Part shown: positions 50,970-61,036 of the stretch, one piece after another | Numbering within the stretch: position 1 is the stretch's first letter | Layout: every line of letters starts with the position of its first letter | NCBI GenBank assembly: GCA_030647555.1 | Contig: JAUSJG010000007.1 | Location: forward strand, 36,169-100,168 | Reading direction: 5' to 3' | Origin: a bacterium | GTDB taxonomy: Bacteria > Patescibacteriota > Andersenbacteria > UBA10190 > CAIZMI01 | Length of the DNA stretch: 64,000 bases | The notes under the pieces: model-generated | Told to the model about the DNA's origin: nothing | What the model saw: only the letters and a program-made list of their open reading frames with translations | Databases searched by the model: none | Program-made: the position numbers and the translations under genes

Positions 50970-52796
50970 TCACCGTAACGTCGCACCAAGCAACCGCCGT
51001 TTCATCTCCAATAGGACTTCAATCGTCTGCTGACTGATTTTCTCTTTCCCGATAATTTTATCAACTTCATATGCAAACTTGTTGCGAAGATCGTCTACTT
51101 TATCCATGTAATTAACAGGCTTATTCTTCTTTTCTTTTAGTAATCCCTCTTCAAAGTCGCTCAAGAAATTTCGCAAATCACTTAACGGTTTGTCTAGCTT
51201 TTCATAATCACCCTTGATTATCGAAGGGTCATTAGCTTTTTTCTTATCCAAAAGTGTTACCAATATTTTTTGAATCGCGACAACCGCATCACCAATCTTC
51301 TCGCCGATTTTTACACCATCCGTTTCCGATACCGTCTCATCAACGGTCTTGACTTCATTCATACCAATCACTCCTTCTTTGCTTTCATCGAAAACACCGT
51401 TGTTATTAACATAAGTTGAATCAACGTAGTAATCTCCGGCGGTGTTACCGCTTATTTTGAGCGTATACTTCCCTACTTTTGGATTACGAATGGTAACAAG
51501 GATAATATCGTCAGGGTCGGAAGGGTCATCGTCAAAATTGGCATTGTCTTCACCGAGTTGGTTTTCAGTCCGTGAAAGTAGCTTCCCGTCGGGATCGGTC
51601 ACTTCGAAAGCGACGTTGGGAGAGACGGTAAAGGAGAGCATACTGTCGGGAGCGACATATTCATCGCCATCCGCTCTGGCAAACGGTGTAATCAGGAGAT
51701 TTTGTGCCAACGCGCGAAACGGCTGGGGTAAATACCACATGATTGGTGGATTAATAAACCACGGAATTGTAAAACGTGCGTCATCGGGAATTTTGATATG
51801 CGAAGTACCCTCCAACTGGAAATCATCAATTTCGGAAATACCGGCACTGGCTACTAAAACGGTTTCATCTCCCTGCGTTGAGTTTGCCACTGGCGGATCT
51901 GGAATCGGATGGCCATCGCGCCAACGCGCGAGTGTTGCGTCCGCCTGTTCATCAACGGGGTTCACGGTAATTTCTCCCATTGTTTTTCCGGTCAAACCAT
52001 AATAAATTCGCGTGTTATCACCGACGTGTGATTTCAGAACAGCGATATTGTTGTTCAGGTTGATAAGGAAATCGTTTTTGTCTTTCATCTCACTCAACGT
52101 CACCATTCCCGCTCCGTCTCTGACAAAGGGCACGGTGGGCAACAAGTCCTTAATTGACGGGAAGAATTCGCGGAAAGAGAGAGGGGGAAGGATGTCTTTT
52201 TTGTTACGTGTTCTTTTTAATGACCACTGAATATTATTAAAAAATGATTTATAAAAATAGTTCCAACTCTGCGGATATAGCCCTCCCTCCCAGACAACAT
52301 ATGCATCCGACGCCCCATAATTTGGCGTTCCCATCATTACCAATTTATTAACATCGTGCCCGTAACTATCGTTTTGAATATACGCACGCGAAAGCAAACC
52401 GCCCATACTGTGTGCTACCAAATCAACGTGGTCTTGCCCGCTGATGCGTTTCGCTTCATCAATCTTCGGTTTTAGATATTTCGACCAATTTTCTGAAACG
52501 GGTTTCCGCCAATCGTAATGGGCGATAAAAAGTGTTTTTCCTTCTTCAAAACCCCTTGCCTTCAACTCATTTATTAACGCTTTGTAAACGTTTCCACCCC
52601 ACACAAAACCCCATTTGTTATCTTCTTTGTCCTGGTACATCAGTTTTTTATCGAACGATGCCAACATTCCCGGAACAATCACGACGGGGCAAACAGGATC
52701 ACATCCGGCGTGAACAGCGAGTGCAGGACTAAAAAGAACAAGAACAGAAAGAACGATGTTGAATAATTGTCTATATTTGTCCGCCATAAATTCCAC
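50970..52796 (-). CDS. Secreted lipase/acyltransferase (LCAT/PGAP1-like alpha/beta hydrolase)
   Basis: Signal peptide, PVVIVPG, YDWR, AHSMGGL, GTPNYGA, GDETV. Confidence 0.85.
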   Translation of the reverse strand: MEFMADKYRQLFNIVLSVLVLFSPALAVHAGCDPVCPVVIVPGMLASFDKKLMYQDKEDNKWGFVWGGNVYKALINELKARGFEEGKTLFIAHYDWRKPVSENWSKYLKPKIDEAKRISGQDHVDLVAHSMGGLLSRAYIQNDSYGHDVNKLVMMGTPNYGASDAYVVWEGGLYPQSWNYFYKSFFNNIQWSLKRTRNKKDILPPLSFREFFPSIKDLLPTVPFVRDGAGMVTLSEMKDKNDFLINLNNNIAVLKSHVGDNTRIYYGLTGKTMGEITVNPVDEQADATLARWRDGHPIPDPPVANSTQGDETVLVASAGISEIDDFQLEGTSHIKIPDDARFTIPWFINPPIMWYLPQPFRALAQNLLITPFARADGDEYVAPDSMLSFTVSPNVAFEVTDPDGKLLSRTENQLGEDNANFDDDPSDPDDIILVTIRNPKVGKYTLKISGNTAGDYYVDSTYVNNNGVFDESKEGVIGMNEVKTVDETVSETDGVKIGEKIGDAVVAIQKILVTLLDKKKANDPSIIKGDYEKLDKPLSDLRNFLSDFEEGLLKEKKNKPVNYMDKVDDLRNKFAYEVDKIIGKEKISQQTIEVLLEMKRRLLGATLR

Positions 52797-53085
52797 GGAC
52801 AGTTATCCCGCCCATTATTTCAATAATCCACCACGGCAAATTATATCCAAGCCAAAAAAGTATAGCACTAACAATAATTACTATAATAATCATCTTTTTT
52901 GTAATTTCCCTTTTTTTCTTTTTTTGCCACAGAAGCCAAGCCCAGGGAAGTATGACAAGTACATATGAAAGATAAATTGTTGAATATCCCAACAAAGCAG
53001 CAGTTATTCCAGCCATTTTATCTGAAAAAGTCGGATACCCCGCAGGATTCTCCCCCAACAACTTCAATAACATATCCACAATCAT
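52771..53085 (-). CDS. Small membrane protein
   Basis: Two TM segments; overlaps the lipase start. Confidence 0.6.
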   Translation of the reverse strand: MIVDMLLKLLGENPAGYPTFSDKMAGITAALLGYSTIYLSYVLVILPWAWLLWQKKKKREITKKMIIIVIIVSAILFWLGYNLPWWIIEIMGGITVRGIYGGQI

Positions 53086-53255
53086 ATTTATATTTTAGCA
53101 CTCCGCAGCTTTAATACAAATATATGGCGATACAAGAAACATCCGGCTCCCCTTTCCGTGTTTGGCCACCATGAGCAGTAGTAGCAAAACGAGTTGCTTT
53201 TTGAAGATTAACAAAAGTACCTGACATTTTTAGATTATCCTTCATACATATTTAA

Positions 53256-53861
53256 TCAAATAATTACAGAGCGTACCGCCATTCGATCTAATGAATTATT
53301 ATATTTCTGAAGTAATTCAGGGTTTTTTTCGATAATTAATAAGTTGTAATATTTTTGCCATGCTTTCTTAAAATCACGAAAATATGCGTTATTATGAAAC
53401 CTTAATCTTTTATCAACAATTTGCACGCCAGCATCTTTATCAATACATCCTTCACAATAAAAAATACCTTCTCCGTCAGTATATCCATCTGATTGATTTT
53501 GAACCAATGAATCTGCTTTTATAAAATATTCGTGTGCTAAACCACAACGAAATAGCGTATAAATATTTCCTTCCTTGTCTATGAAATCTACATCCTTAAA
53601 TTTCTGCTTAAATTCTTTGTAGTGATTCTTATCACTATTCCACTCAAAAAACTCCAGCGCCTTATTAAACTGTTCTTGACTTTTTCCCTGTAAACCAAGC
53701 GTTCCATTTGCAAGTCCACCAAGAAATTCTGTGTTAGATAACAGAGCCAAAGCCACAGTATAATTTGCTTTCGCCTTGATACAATTTTGAATATCGTTAA
53801 AGATAAAACCAAAAATATATTTCTTAAAGTATTCTTTTATTAACTCTTCATTTCTTTCCAT
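53256..53861 (-). CDS. Hypothetical protein with an RxxxxH motif (HEPN-like)
   Basis: FRCGLAHE; helical; low GC; directly after the MTase. Confidence 0.6.
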   Translation of the reverse strand: MERNEELIKEYFKKYIFGFIFNDIQNCIKAKANYTVALALLSNTEFLGGLANGTLGLQGKSQEQFNKALEFFEWNSDKNHYKEFKQKFKDVDFIDKEGNIYTLFRCGLAHEYFIKADSLVQNQSDGYTDGEGIFYCEGCIDKDAGVQIVDKRLRFHNNAYFRDFKKAWQKYYNLLIIEKNPELLQKYNNSLDRMAVRSVII

Positions 53862-53866
53862 ATTTT

Positions 53867-56401
53867 TTATTTCTCCCAAAGTTTAGCGATAGCTTCTTTG
53901 GTTTTTTGTTCGTAGATTTCGATCAGTTTTTTGGCGGATTCTACCAATGCGCGCTCGGCTTCGATTTTTTCCACTATTTGTTTTTGTATGGCGAGAGATG
54001 GAAGAGGAATTTCTATCTCAAGAAGATTTCCTTTACTAATTCTTTGTCTTGTGGCCCCCGATAAATCAGAGTTGATTCTCTTCTGATATTCATCGGTTTG
54101 GGTTATTGATACAAAATATTTTGCATTAATTGGATTATCAAACCGAAAAATTGTACAGTCTACAGCTGTTATTGTTCTTTTGTTTATTTCTGGAAGTATA
54201 CAGGCTCGTCCGACAGGATCTGGTAATCTTGATAGTAATACATCTCCAACAAAAATTTCTGTGCATTTTAATCTCTTAAATGTCTCATTAGAAATATATC
54301 TTTCTTTGCCGGCCTTATCTATGTATTCACCAATACCAACATTACCCGTCTGAATTAACCTAATCCCACTATCAGATTGGTCTTTTGATTCTATCCAATC
54401 GCCATCATCAATAAATTTTGCAATCCTGCCCAACTTCACCTTTTTCCACTCGGGGTCGATGTCGATTTTGGGTTTCCAGTTTTGGACTATTTGTTTGGCT
54501 CCGGCGATTATACTCGCGTAGCCGTCCAACTCCGCCACAATTTGTTCTTGAATTTCGAGAGGCGGAAGAGGGATTTGAAGTCTTTCAAAATTTGATTTTG
54601 AAATTTCAGCAAAAGTGCCTCCACTCGACATTGCTTTCATTTCATCAACCAACTCTGTAAGTGCCCACGCTATGTACATATAGTCGGTTAATTTTTTATC
54701 ACGGATGACTACATTTTTGAAGCCTTGATTAGTGGCCAACTCAATAGAATTTGTAGCTATTCTTCCAATAGTAGCCCGTGAGGATACAAGTACAGAATGT
54801 CTGGGTAGTAGTTTGGCGGATGAATTTTTCAGCCCATCCTTTGTTATTTTTCTCTGCGTTTCTTTTATGTCATTCAACAAATTACTTGCAGGTAAATCTA
54901 CTAACGTCGCCCAATTTACATCTCCATTCCAATATTTTTCATTTTTCGAGTCTGGAGTACCACCTGATTCAATATTAAAATATTTTTCATTTCCCAACTT
55001 CACCATTGGCCACTTGGCATTGGTGTAGTCGGTGGCGATGCGGTAGCGATCGCCGGAGAGGTTATAGTCGCCATTTTCGGCAATTTTTTCTTTTAATACG
55101 GCGACAGCCAGAGATTGCTTCCCCACTTCGCCAAGGCTTCGAGAGGCAGGCGCAATGACGGGCGACGCTTGCCATTTTTTTAGGATTTCCAAAGCTATCG
55201 GCAAATCGTTTTTGCTGATTGGTCGCTTGGTCGCGCCGAGGTCAAAGCCGTCTTGTTCTATTTTTACAAACAGAATTTCTTTGCTTTGTTTTGCCAGCTC
55301 ATTATTGAAAAGCAAAATACTCGTTTTCACTCCGCTGTATGGCGCAAATACGCCAGACGGCAAACTAACTACTGCATAAAGTCCGTCCTCTACGAGATTT
55401 TTGCGAAGCTGTTTGTGCGCTGTGCCTGATTGAAAGATAATTCCTTCCGGCACAATGATACCGGCGCGTCCCTTTGGTCGCAGGTGGTTCATAATGTAAT
55501 CAACAAACAAAACTTCTGAACGACTTGATTGAACACTGAATTTGCTGTGCGGTTTGATCCCGCCTTTTGGTGACATAAACGGTGGATTGGCGAGAATCAC
55601 ATCAAACTTATCATTCCAGCGTTCTTCACTGGAAAGTGAGTCGTATTGGAAAATCTTAGGATTTTTGAACTGATGCAAATACATATTGACCTGCGCAATA
55701 CGCACCATCGTCGGGTCTATATCATAACCCTCAAAATTGTTCATTATTTTCTTTCGCTCATCTGGCGTTAGTGATTTTTCTTTCTTGTCCGGATCATCTT
55801 TACCGTCATGTTGTTCCAGAATATGTTGGTACGACTTCATCAAAAACCCGCCCGTGCCACAAGCGGGATCAAGCACTTTGTCATCTTTCGTTGGATTTAC
55901 AACATCGACAATAAAATCAATGATGTGGCGAGGCGTGCGAAATTGCCCAGCGTCCCCCTGGCTCGACATAACGGAAAGCAGATATTCGTAAGCGTTACCG
56001 AGTTCCTCCGGATGAGAGTAGTCAAAGTAATCAATCTCTTTCAAAAATAGTCCGAGCGTTTCGGGTGAGCGATACGGCAAAAAAGCGGATTTAAAAATTC
56101 CACGGAAAAGTTCCGGCAATTGTTTGGCTTCGGAAAACTTCAACAGCGCATCGGAATATAAATTCATGCGCTCCTGATTTCCCATCCGCGCGTCCATTAA
56201 TCGTGTCCAGGCATAACGCTCTAAATTACCAACGAAAAAAGATGGTTCGCCACCCGCCTTGATAGCCGCTTGATCCATATCATCCATAAATTTGTAAATC
56301 AGCGCGTTGGTAATTTGATCGATTTGCGATGTGGGATTTGGCACGACGCCAACCAATACTTGGCGAGCCGCGTCGATATGACGTTTTGTGTCTGCGTTCA
56401 T
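53867..56401 (-). CDS. hsdM: Type I-like N6-adenine MTase fused to a specificity subunit (HsdM-HsdS)
   Basis: GQFRTP, DPACGTGG, NPPF, followed by two TRDs with IPLPPL..Q..IV repeats. Confidence 0.92.
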   Translation of the reverse strand: MNADTKRHIDAARQVLVGVVPNPTSQIDQITNALIYKFMDDMDQAAIKAGGEPSFFVGNLERYAWTRLMDARMGNQERMNLYSDALLKFSEAKQLPELFRGIFKSAFLPYRSPETLGLFLKEIDYFDYSHPEELGNAYEYLLSVMSSQGDAGQFRTPRHIIDFIVDVVNPTKDDKVLDPACGTGGFLMKSYQHILEQHDGKDDPDKKEKSLTPDERKKIMNNFEGYDIDPTMVRIAQVNMYLHQFKNPKIFQYDSLSSEERWNDKFDVILANPPFMSPKGGIKPHSKFSVQSSRSEVLFVDYIMNHLRPKGRAGIIVPEGIIFQSGTAHKQLRKNLVEDGLYAVVSLPSGVFAPYSGVKTSILLFNNELAKQSKEILFVKIEQDGFDLGATKRPISKNDLPIALEILKKWQASPVIAPASRSLGEVGKQSLAVAVLKEKIAENGDYNLSGDRYRIATDYTNAKWPMVKLGNEKYFNIESGGTPDSKNEKYWNGDVNWATLVDLPASNLLNDIKETQRKITKDGLKNSSAKLLPRHSVLVSSRATIGRIATNSIELATNQGFKNVVIRDKKLTDYMYIAWALTELVDEMKAMSSGGTFAEISKSNFERLQIPLPPLEIQEQIVAELDGYASIIAGAKQIVQNWKPKIDIDPEWKKVKLGRIAKFIDDGDWIESKDQSDSGIRLIQTGNVGIGEYIDKAGKERYISNETFKRLKCTEIFVGDVLLSRLPDPVGRACILPEINKRTITAVDCTIFRFDNPINAKYFVSITQTDEYQKRINSDLSGATRQRISKGNLLEIEIPLPSLAIQKQIVEKIEAERALVESAKKLIEIYEQKTKEAIAKLWEK

Positions 56402-56522
56402 ATTATTTCAATTTTTTAAGATTAACCGCCTTTCTACTACATTCTCACTACATGATTTTTTGGCTAAGATAGGCCATTTTTATGAATTTTATCAACAATA
56501 TTCATAAAACCACTACATGCTT

Positions 56523-57962
56523 TTATGCCCAATTTGGTACATATTCTTTCTGTTTTTCAGATTCCTTAATGAAACCTTTTTCTATTGTTGCCTTAATAAT
56601 TATTGAAGCAGTTGGATAGTTTTTTTCTCCGATACTAAGTCTCTCTCTAAGAGTTGCATTTGTCATTCTTGATTTTTCTATATATTTCAAAACACAATGC
56701 TGAAAACACGCACGTACTTTATCATCCAAAGTCATCTCCTTTAAATCTTTATGTGCATATAGAGTGACTTTCGTAAAATCATCATATTTTTCAAAACTAG
56801 GTGCTGGCAATTGGTATAAAGCCACGTTAACTAATGCTCGATCAATACCAGTCCCTCCCTCTTCACAAACACCAATTTGCCTCATAAACGAAGCTAAGTC
56901 TTCATTTCTAGACCGTGGAGGGTGATCAATAAATCTATCCGTTTCAATTAATGGTTCCCCCGTATTGGTTATTTCAATTCTATTATCAAATATTTCTATC
57001 ATTGGTCCAGCGCCTGATATTGAAAGATCTTGATGAATAAGTGCATTGGCAACAAATTCACGAATTGCAACTTCTGGATACATCTTTGCTTCTTTTCTCA
57101 ATGCTTTGGAGATTACTTCATTGTGGGGAAGCTTGTCGTTTACATAATCAAGTAAATTCTCAAATGCAATTGCATATCCAAGTGCTCCCACTTGCTCTTT
57201 TACCCTTTCGACCTTTGTATTGCCTTTGTAGAGTACAACTCTTACAGATTTTCTCCTGACCGTTGGAAAATCATTCAAATTTTTAGCAAACAAAATAGCT
57301 CCAAGATTTGTAATATCGTAGTTGTTATTAAAAACCTTTTTTACTAATCCATGCTGAGCCATTTTTTCAACAAATTGGTTCGTTTCACTTGGAATCTCTT
57401 GCTTTGTAAGAGAAAAATATTTTGAATAGTCTAATAAGCCCAATACATCTGCAATAGTCAAATTTTCCTGCGCTATTCCTTTTTCAAAACTTTTTTTATT
57501 AATATTATCCCAAATCTTTCTTTCTTTCTCAGGATAGTCATTTAGTTTTGGAGTAGCTGATCCAACCCTGATATAAGCTATGTTATTAAACTTTACTGGT
57601 TGGTTTGTAGCGGGTGGAATCTCAAAAATGACAACATTTTTTTCTTCGTGCTGGAATTCGTGAATAGTGAAATTAATCCTCGGATTTAAATGTTGTGACA
57701 GCCAAAATTCTAACTGATCATTGCCAATCTTTTCTCTGCTGGGAAAAAAATTTGTACCAACAATTTCATGATTATCATCCTTGATACCGAACACAATGTA
57801 AGCGAATTTTTTATCCTTCAGATTTGCAGAGTTTGATAACGCTGATATCCTTTTGCCAATATCGTCTTTATTATAGTTATTTTCCTTGAATTCAACTGTT
57901 TCATCTTCAATTGGAAGTAAAACTAAATTTTTTAATAATAACCTTAATTGCTCTTTATCCAT
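56523..57962 (-). CDS. Schlafen/AlbA_2 + RecG-C-terminal-like ATP-binding domain protein
   Basis: VEFKE, SALSN, IVFGI.D, REFVANALIH.D, SRN..LA, EEGGTG. Confidence 0.85.
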   Translation of the reverse strand: MDKEQLRLLLKNLVLLPIEDETVEFKENNYNKDDIGKRISALSNSANLKDKKFAYIVFGIKDDNHEIVGTNFFPSREKIGNDQLEFWLSQHLNPRINFTIHEFQHEEKNVVIFEIPPATNQPVKFNNIAYIRVGSATPKLNDYPEKERKIWDNINKKSFEKGIAQENLTIADVLGLLDYSKYFSLTKQEIPSETNQFVEKMAQHGLVKKVFNNNYDITNLGAILFAKNLNDFPTVRRKSVRVVLYKGNTKVERVKEQVGALGYAIAFENLLDYVNDKLPHNEVISKALRKEAKMYPEVAIREFVANALIHQDLSISGAGPMIEIFDNRIEITNTGEPLIETDRFIDHPPRSRNEDLASFMRQIGVCEEGGTGIDRALVNVALYQLPAPSFEKYDDFTKVTLYAHKDLKEMTLDDKVRACFQHCVLKYIEKSRMTNATLRERLSIGEKNYPTASIIIKATIEKGFIKESEKQKEYVPNWA

Positions 57963-57964
57963 AT

Positions 57965-60514
57965 CTATAAATTTGTTAAATGATAGGCATAATCACGGAC
58001 ATATTGCGGGACGACTGACTTGAATCCGTTGAGTTGTTGATATTCGTCAAAATGAAATGATGACTCCGTATTAAAACGACCGATTTGACGGCTCGTGACG
58101 ATTTCACGGACTTTTTCATCCGTCACATACGCTTTAAAAAACATTTTGACTGGCGCGTAGTGCGTTTGATCCACCGGATTCACTTCCATAAACTTTTCCC
58201 ATTCTGATTCGAGCAGGTCATCTTTCATCTCAAAAGTTTCTTTGTCGCCAAAAGCTACCTGCAAAAATTCTTTGACGGTAATACGGCGATCAACGCCAAA
58301 AATCTTTTTGATCTTGTCGAGGTTGAGGAAATATTTTGGCTTATCAAAAACCTGCTTTTGGGCAAAATTTTCGGCTTCTTCGGTGTCGCCGTTTTCCCAC
58401 ATATTTTTGAGTTTTTCGTTGCCAAGCACATCTTCTTCCACGGCACGCTTGAAGCCCTCACGGTCAATGCGCATAATCACGCCCTCGGGAGTTTCGGAAA
58501 GCGTAGCGAGTTCGTCGCTGGTCGCCAGGTCTATCGGGCCTTTTGCCCCAATAGGCTCGTCGCCCACAACACCAGCGCCATCTGCACCTAAGCCAGTGCC
58601 GTCAGAGCCAGTTGATGGTGTGATAAAAGGATAAGTAAGTTTTATTTTTTCATCATAATCAAATTCATTTTCAAAATATTCGCAGGTAGCAAAGAAATCA
58701 AAAAACTTGAATTTTTCTTTTGGTTCTATAACTGGATCGTTTTGATAATCGTTATATTCAAACTGCCATTTCCTTGTGCCTCGTCCTTTGATCTGCACAA
58801 AATCAGTCGGACTAAAAACCGGACGCATCAGCGCGATATTGAGTAAATCTTGGCAATCGTAGCCGGTTGTCATCATTCCTACAGTCACGGCAACACGAGT
58901 TTTACTCGAGTCGTAGCCTTCGGGGTGGTTTGTTTGTCCACCAAGACGATTATTGGCAAAATTGATGGTCATTTGCTGGGCACTCGCTACTTGCGAAGAA
59001 ACTTGCATCGCGAAATTGGATTCGCTGTATTGTTCCGGCCATTTTTCAAAAGCAATTTTGTTCAAGACATTGGTTAATCGAGAGGCATGTTTTTGAGATA
59101 CGGCAAAAACTATCGTTTTCCCAAACAAATCCACGCCAAGTTGTTTGGCAACGGGATCAAAAAGTCCGTTATCAATGAGCGCCTTACACATAGCAATATT
59201 GGTTTCTTCGTTGAAAATTTTGCGCTCGTAGTGGCGTTCGTTGAAAGTCTCATCAATTGTTTCGCCACTTTCGGTGAGAGTGTGGACGGCATAGCCTTCT
59301 TCCGAAAGAAGTTCCGTCGTTATGTTTGTGCGAGCGTCCACGAGAGTCGGCTTGATGAGATAGCCCTCCTCCGCGCCTTTTTCCAGATCATATGAAAAAG
59401 TCGGGTTGCCGGCTTCACAGCCAAATGTTTTATAGGTGTCAATCAAAAGTCGGCGCTCATATTCTCTTTGACTATCTGCGCCTTCAGCATCAAAACCTCT
59501 TAGATAATTTTTTGGCGTCGCGGTAAGACCAAGTTTGTAGCCGACAAAATATTCAAAAACCGCACGGCTGTTGCCACCAATGGAACGATGAGCTTCGTCG
59601 GAAATAACCAGTTCAAAATCGGTTGGTGAAAATTCTTTTTTGTAACGATCACCGGCAAGAAAGGTTTGGATCGTGGAAACGACAATGCTGGCCTTTGCCC
59701 ACGAATCTTTGTTTTCTTTGTAGATAACGCTTCGATAATCCTTGCCAAGATATTGAACGAACGCTTTTTGCGCTTGAACTTCGAGCTCAAGGCGATCAAC
59801 GAGAAAAAGTATTCGGCGAGCATTGCCGGATTTGAGAAATAGTTTTATGACCGCGGCAGAAATAAGCGTTTTTCCTGTTCCCGTTGCCATTTCAAACAAA
59901 AATCTTTGGCTTCCATTCTTTGCGCATTCTTGAAGCGCTTTGATTGCTTGCACTTGGTATGGACGAAGTTGCTTGAGTTTATTGGTTTTCAAAAACTCTG
60001 TGCGAGTAGATTCATCTTGAAAAGCAGGGTCTGTCGCGAAGGTTGGAATTTGTGTCGAGACGATATAATTTTCATCAACAACCGTTTGCGCAAGCTCGAC
60101 AGGATTCGGCGTATACTTTTCATATTGAGTTATCGAATCTTGTGTTGGAAAACGAGAAATTGTGTCGGGATTACCGTGTTTGGTATCCCAAAAATAATGA
60201 ATATTGCCGTTTGAGAGGATAACAAAACGAGCACCGGCGTTGCGAGCGTAGTTTCGCGCTTGCTCTTTCGCTGACAGCGGATCAATCGCTTCTTTTTTGG
60301 CCTCTACAACAACGAGGGGACGCTTATCTTTATCTAATAAAAGAAAGTCAATAAAACCGTGAGTTTCATTTTCAAAATCATCACCCAGTTCGGCATATTT
60401 TACGCCCGGCTCAAGGTGGATATTGGCTTTGCCGTTTTTATCATCTTCAAAACGCCAACCTGATTCTTCGAGTAGTTTATTTATTTTAATTCGTGCCTTT
60501 GCTTCTTTTGACAT
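57965..60514 (-). CDS. hsdR: Type I restriction endonuclease R subunit
   Basis: DF..VVEAK, MATGTGKT, DEAH, TATP, TTGYD, QIKGRGTR. Confidence 0.92.
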   Translation of the reverse strand: MSKEAKARIKINKLLEESGWRFEDDKNGKANIHLEPGVKYAELGDDFENETHGFIDFLLLDKDKRPLVVVEAKKEAIDPLSAKEQARNYARNAGARFVILSNGNIHYFWDTKHGNPDTISRFPTQDSITQYEKYTPNPVELAQTVVDENYIVSTQIPTFATDPAFQDESTRTEFLKTNKLKQLRPYQVQAIKALQECAKNGSQRFLFEMATGTGKTLISAAVIKLFLKSGNARRILFLVDRLELEVQAQKAFVQYLGKDYRSVIYKENKDSWAKASIVVSTIQTFLAGDRYKKEFSPTDFELVISDEAHRSIGGNSRAVFEYFVGYKLGLTATPKNYLRGFDAEGADSQREYERRLLIDTYKTFGCEAGNPTFSYDLEKGAEEGYLIKPTLVDARTNITTELLSEEGYAVHTLTESGETIDETFNERHYERKIFNEETNIAMCKALIDNGLFDPVAKQLGVDLFGKTIVFAVSQKHASRLTNVLNKIAFEKWPEQYSESNFAMQVSSQVASAQQMTINFANNRLGGQTNHPEGYDSSKTRVAVTVGMMTTGYDCQDLLNIALMRPVFSPTDFVQIKGRGTRKWQFEYNDYQNDPVIEPKEKFKFFDFFATCEYFENEFDYDEKIKLTYPFITPSTGSDGTGLGADGAGVVGDEPIGAKGPIDLATSDELATLSETPEGVIMRIDREGFKRAVEEDVLGNEKLKNMWENGDTEEAENFAQKQVFDKPKYFLNLDKIKKIFGVDRRITVKEFLQVAFGDKETFEMKDDLLESEWEKFMEVNPVDQTHYAPVKMFFKAYVTDEKVREIVTSRQIGRFNTESSFHFDEYQQLNGFKSVVPQYVRDYAYHLTNL

Positions 60515-60767
60515 AATGTATTTAAAGTAACGCCGAACGACCAATAAATCAACGCTTAGTTGATATGGATCAAGTACAGGATTATTGCTCGCCGACTAAC
60601 CACTTTTTTGGGGACAACGAGCGACAAACGCCAATCAGGGTCCGGCCCATGAACCACGCTACGGTTCAGGGCCGGACCCTCTACTGCGACGACGAAATCC
60701 CTCCCAACCTTTGCCCATCAAGGCAACACCGTCGACACGTGTGCAACCGTACCGACAAACAAACAAC

Positions 60768-60796
60768 TTGACAACCTTATTTAATTACGATAGGAT
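60768..60796 (+). promoter_or_regulatory. Sigma70 promoter of an orphan small RNA
   Basis: TTGACA-17nt-TAGGAT. Confidence 0.6.
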
Positions 60797-60800
60797 GAAA

Positions 60801-60865
60801 TCACATTTGGCAGTAGTGTCAAATGACATCAACTGCAGGATCCCGCGGCAACGCGGGATTCTTTG
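60801..60865 (+). ncRNA. Candidate ~65-nt small RNA
   Basis: Hairpin CATTTGGCA/TGTCAAATG, GCAGT/ACTGC pairing, terminator ATCCCGCG-GCAA-CGCGGGAT. Confidence 0.35.
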
Positions 60866-61036
60866 CGTTTAGGCCTCGTCCGTAAATAAATTCCCAATCT
60901 TATACTCACTGCATCTTTAACTGCAAGCACTTCTCAATCGTAAAACCTTTCACCGTACTGCTAGTACGCCGTAAGGTTATACTCAATCAAAGTACTCACA
61001 TTTAAAGCGCATTGAGCATAATCTTGGGGAATTTAT

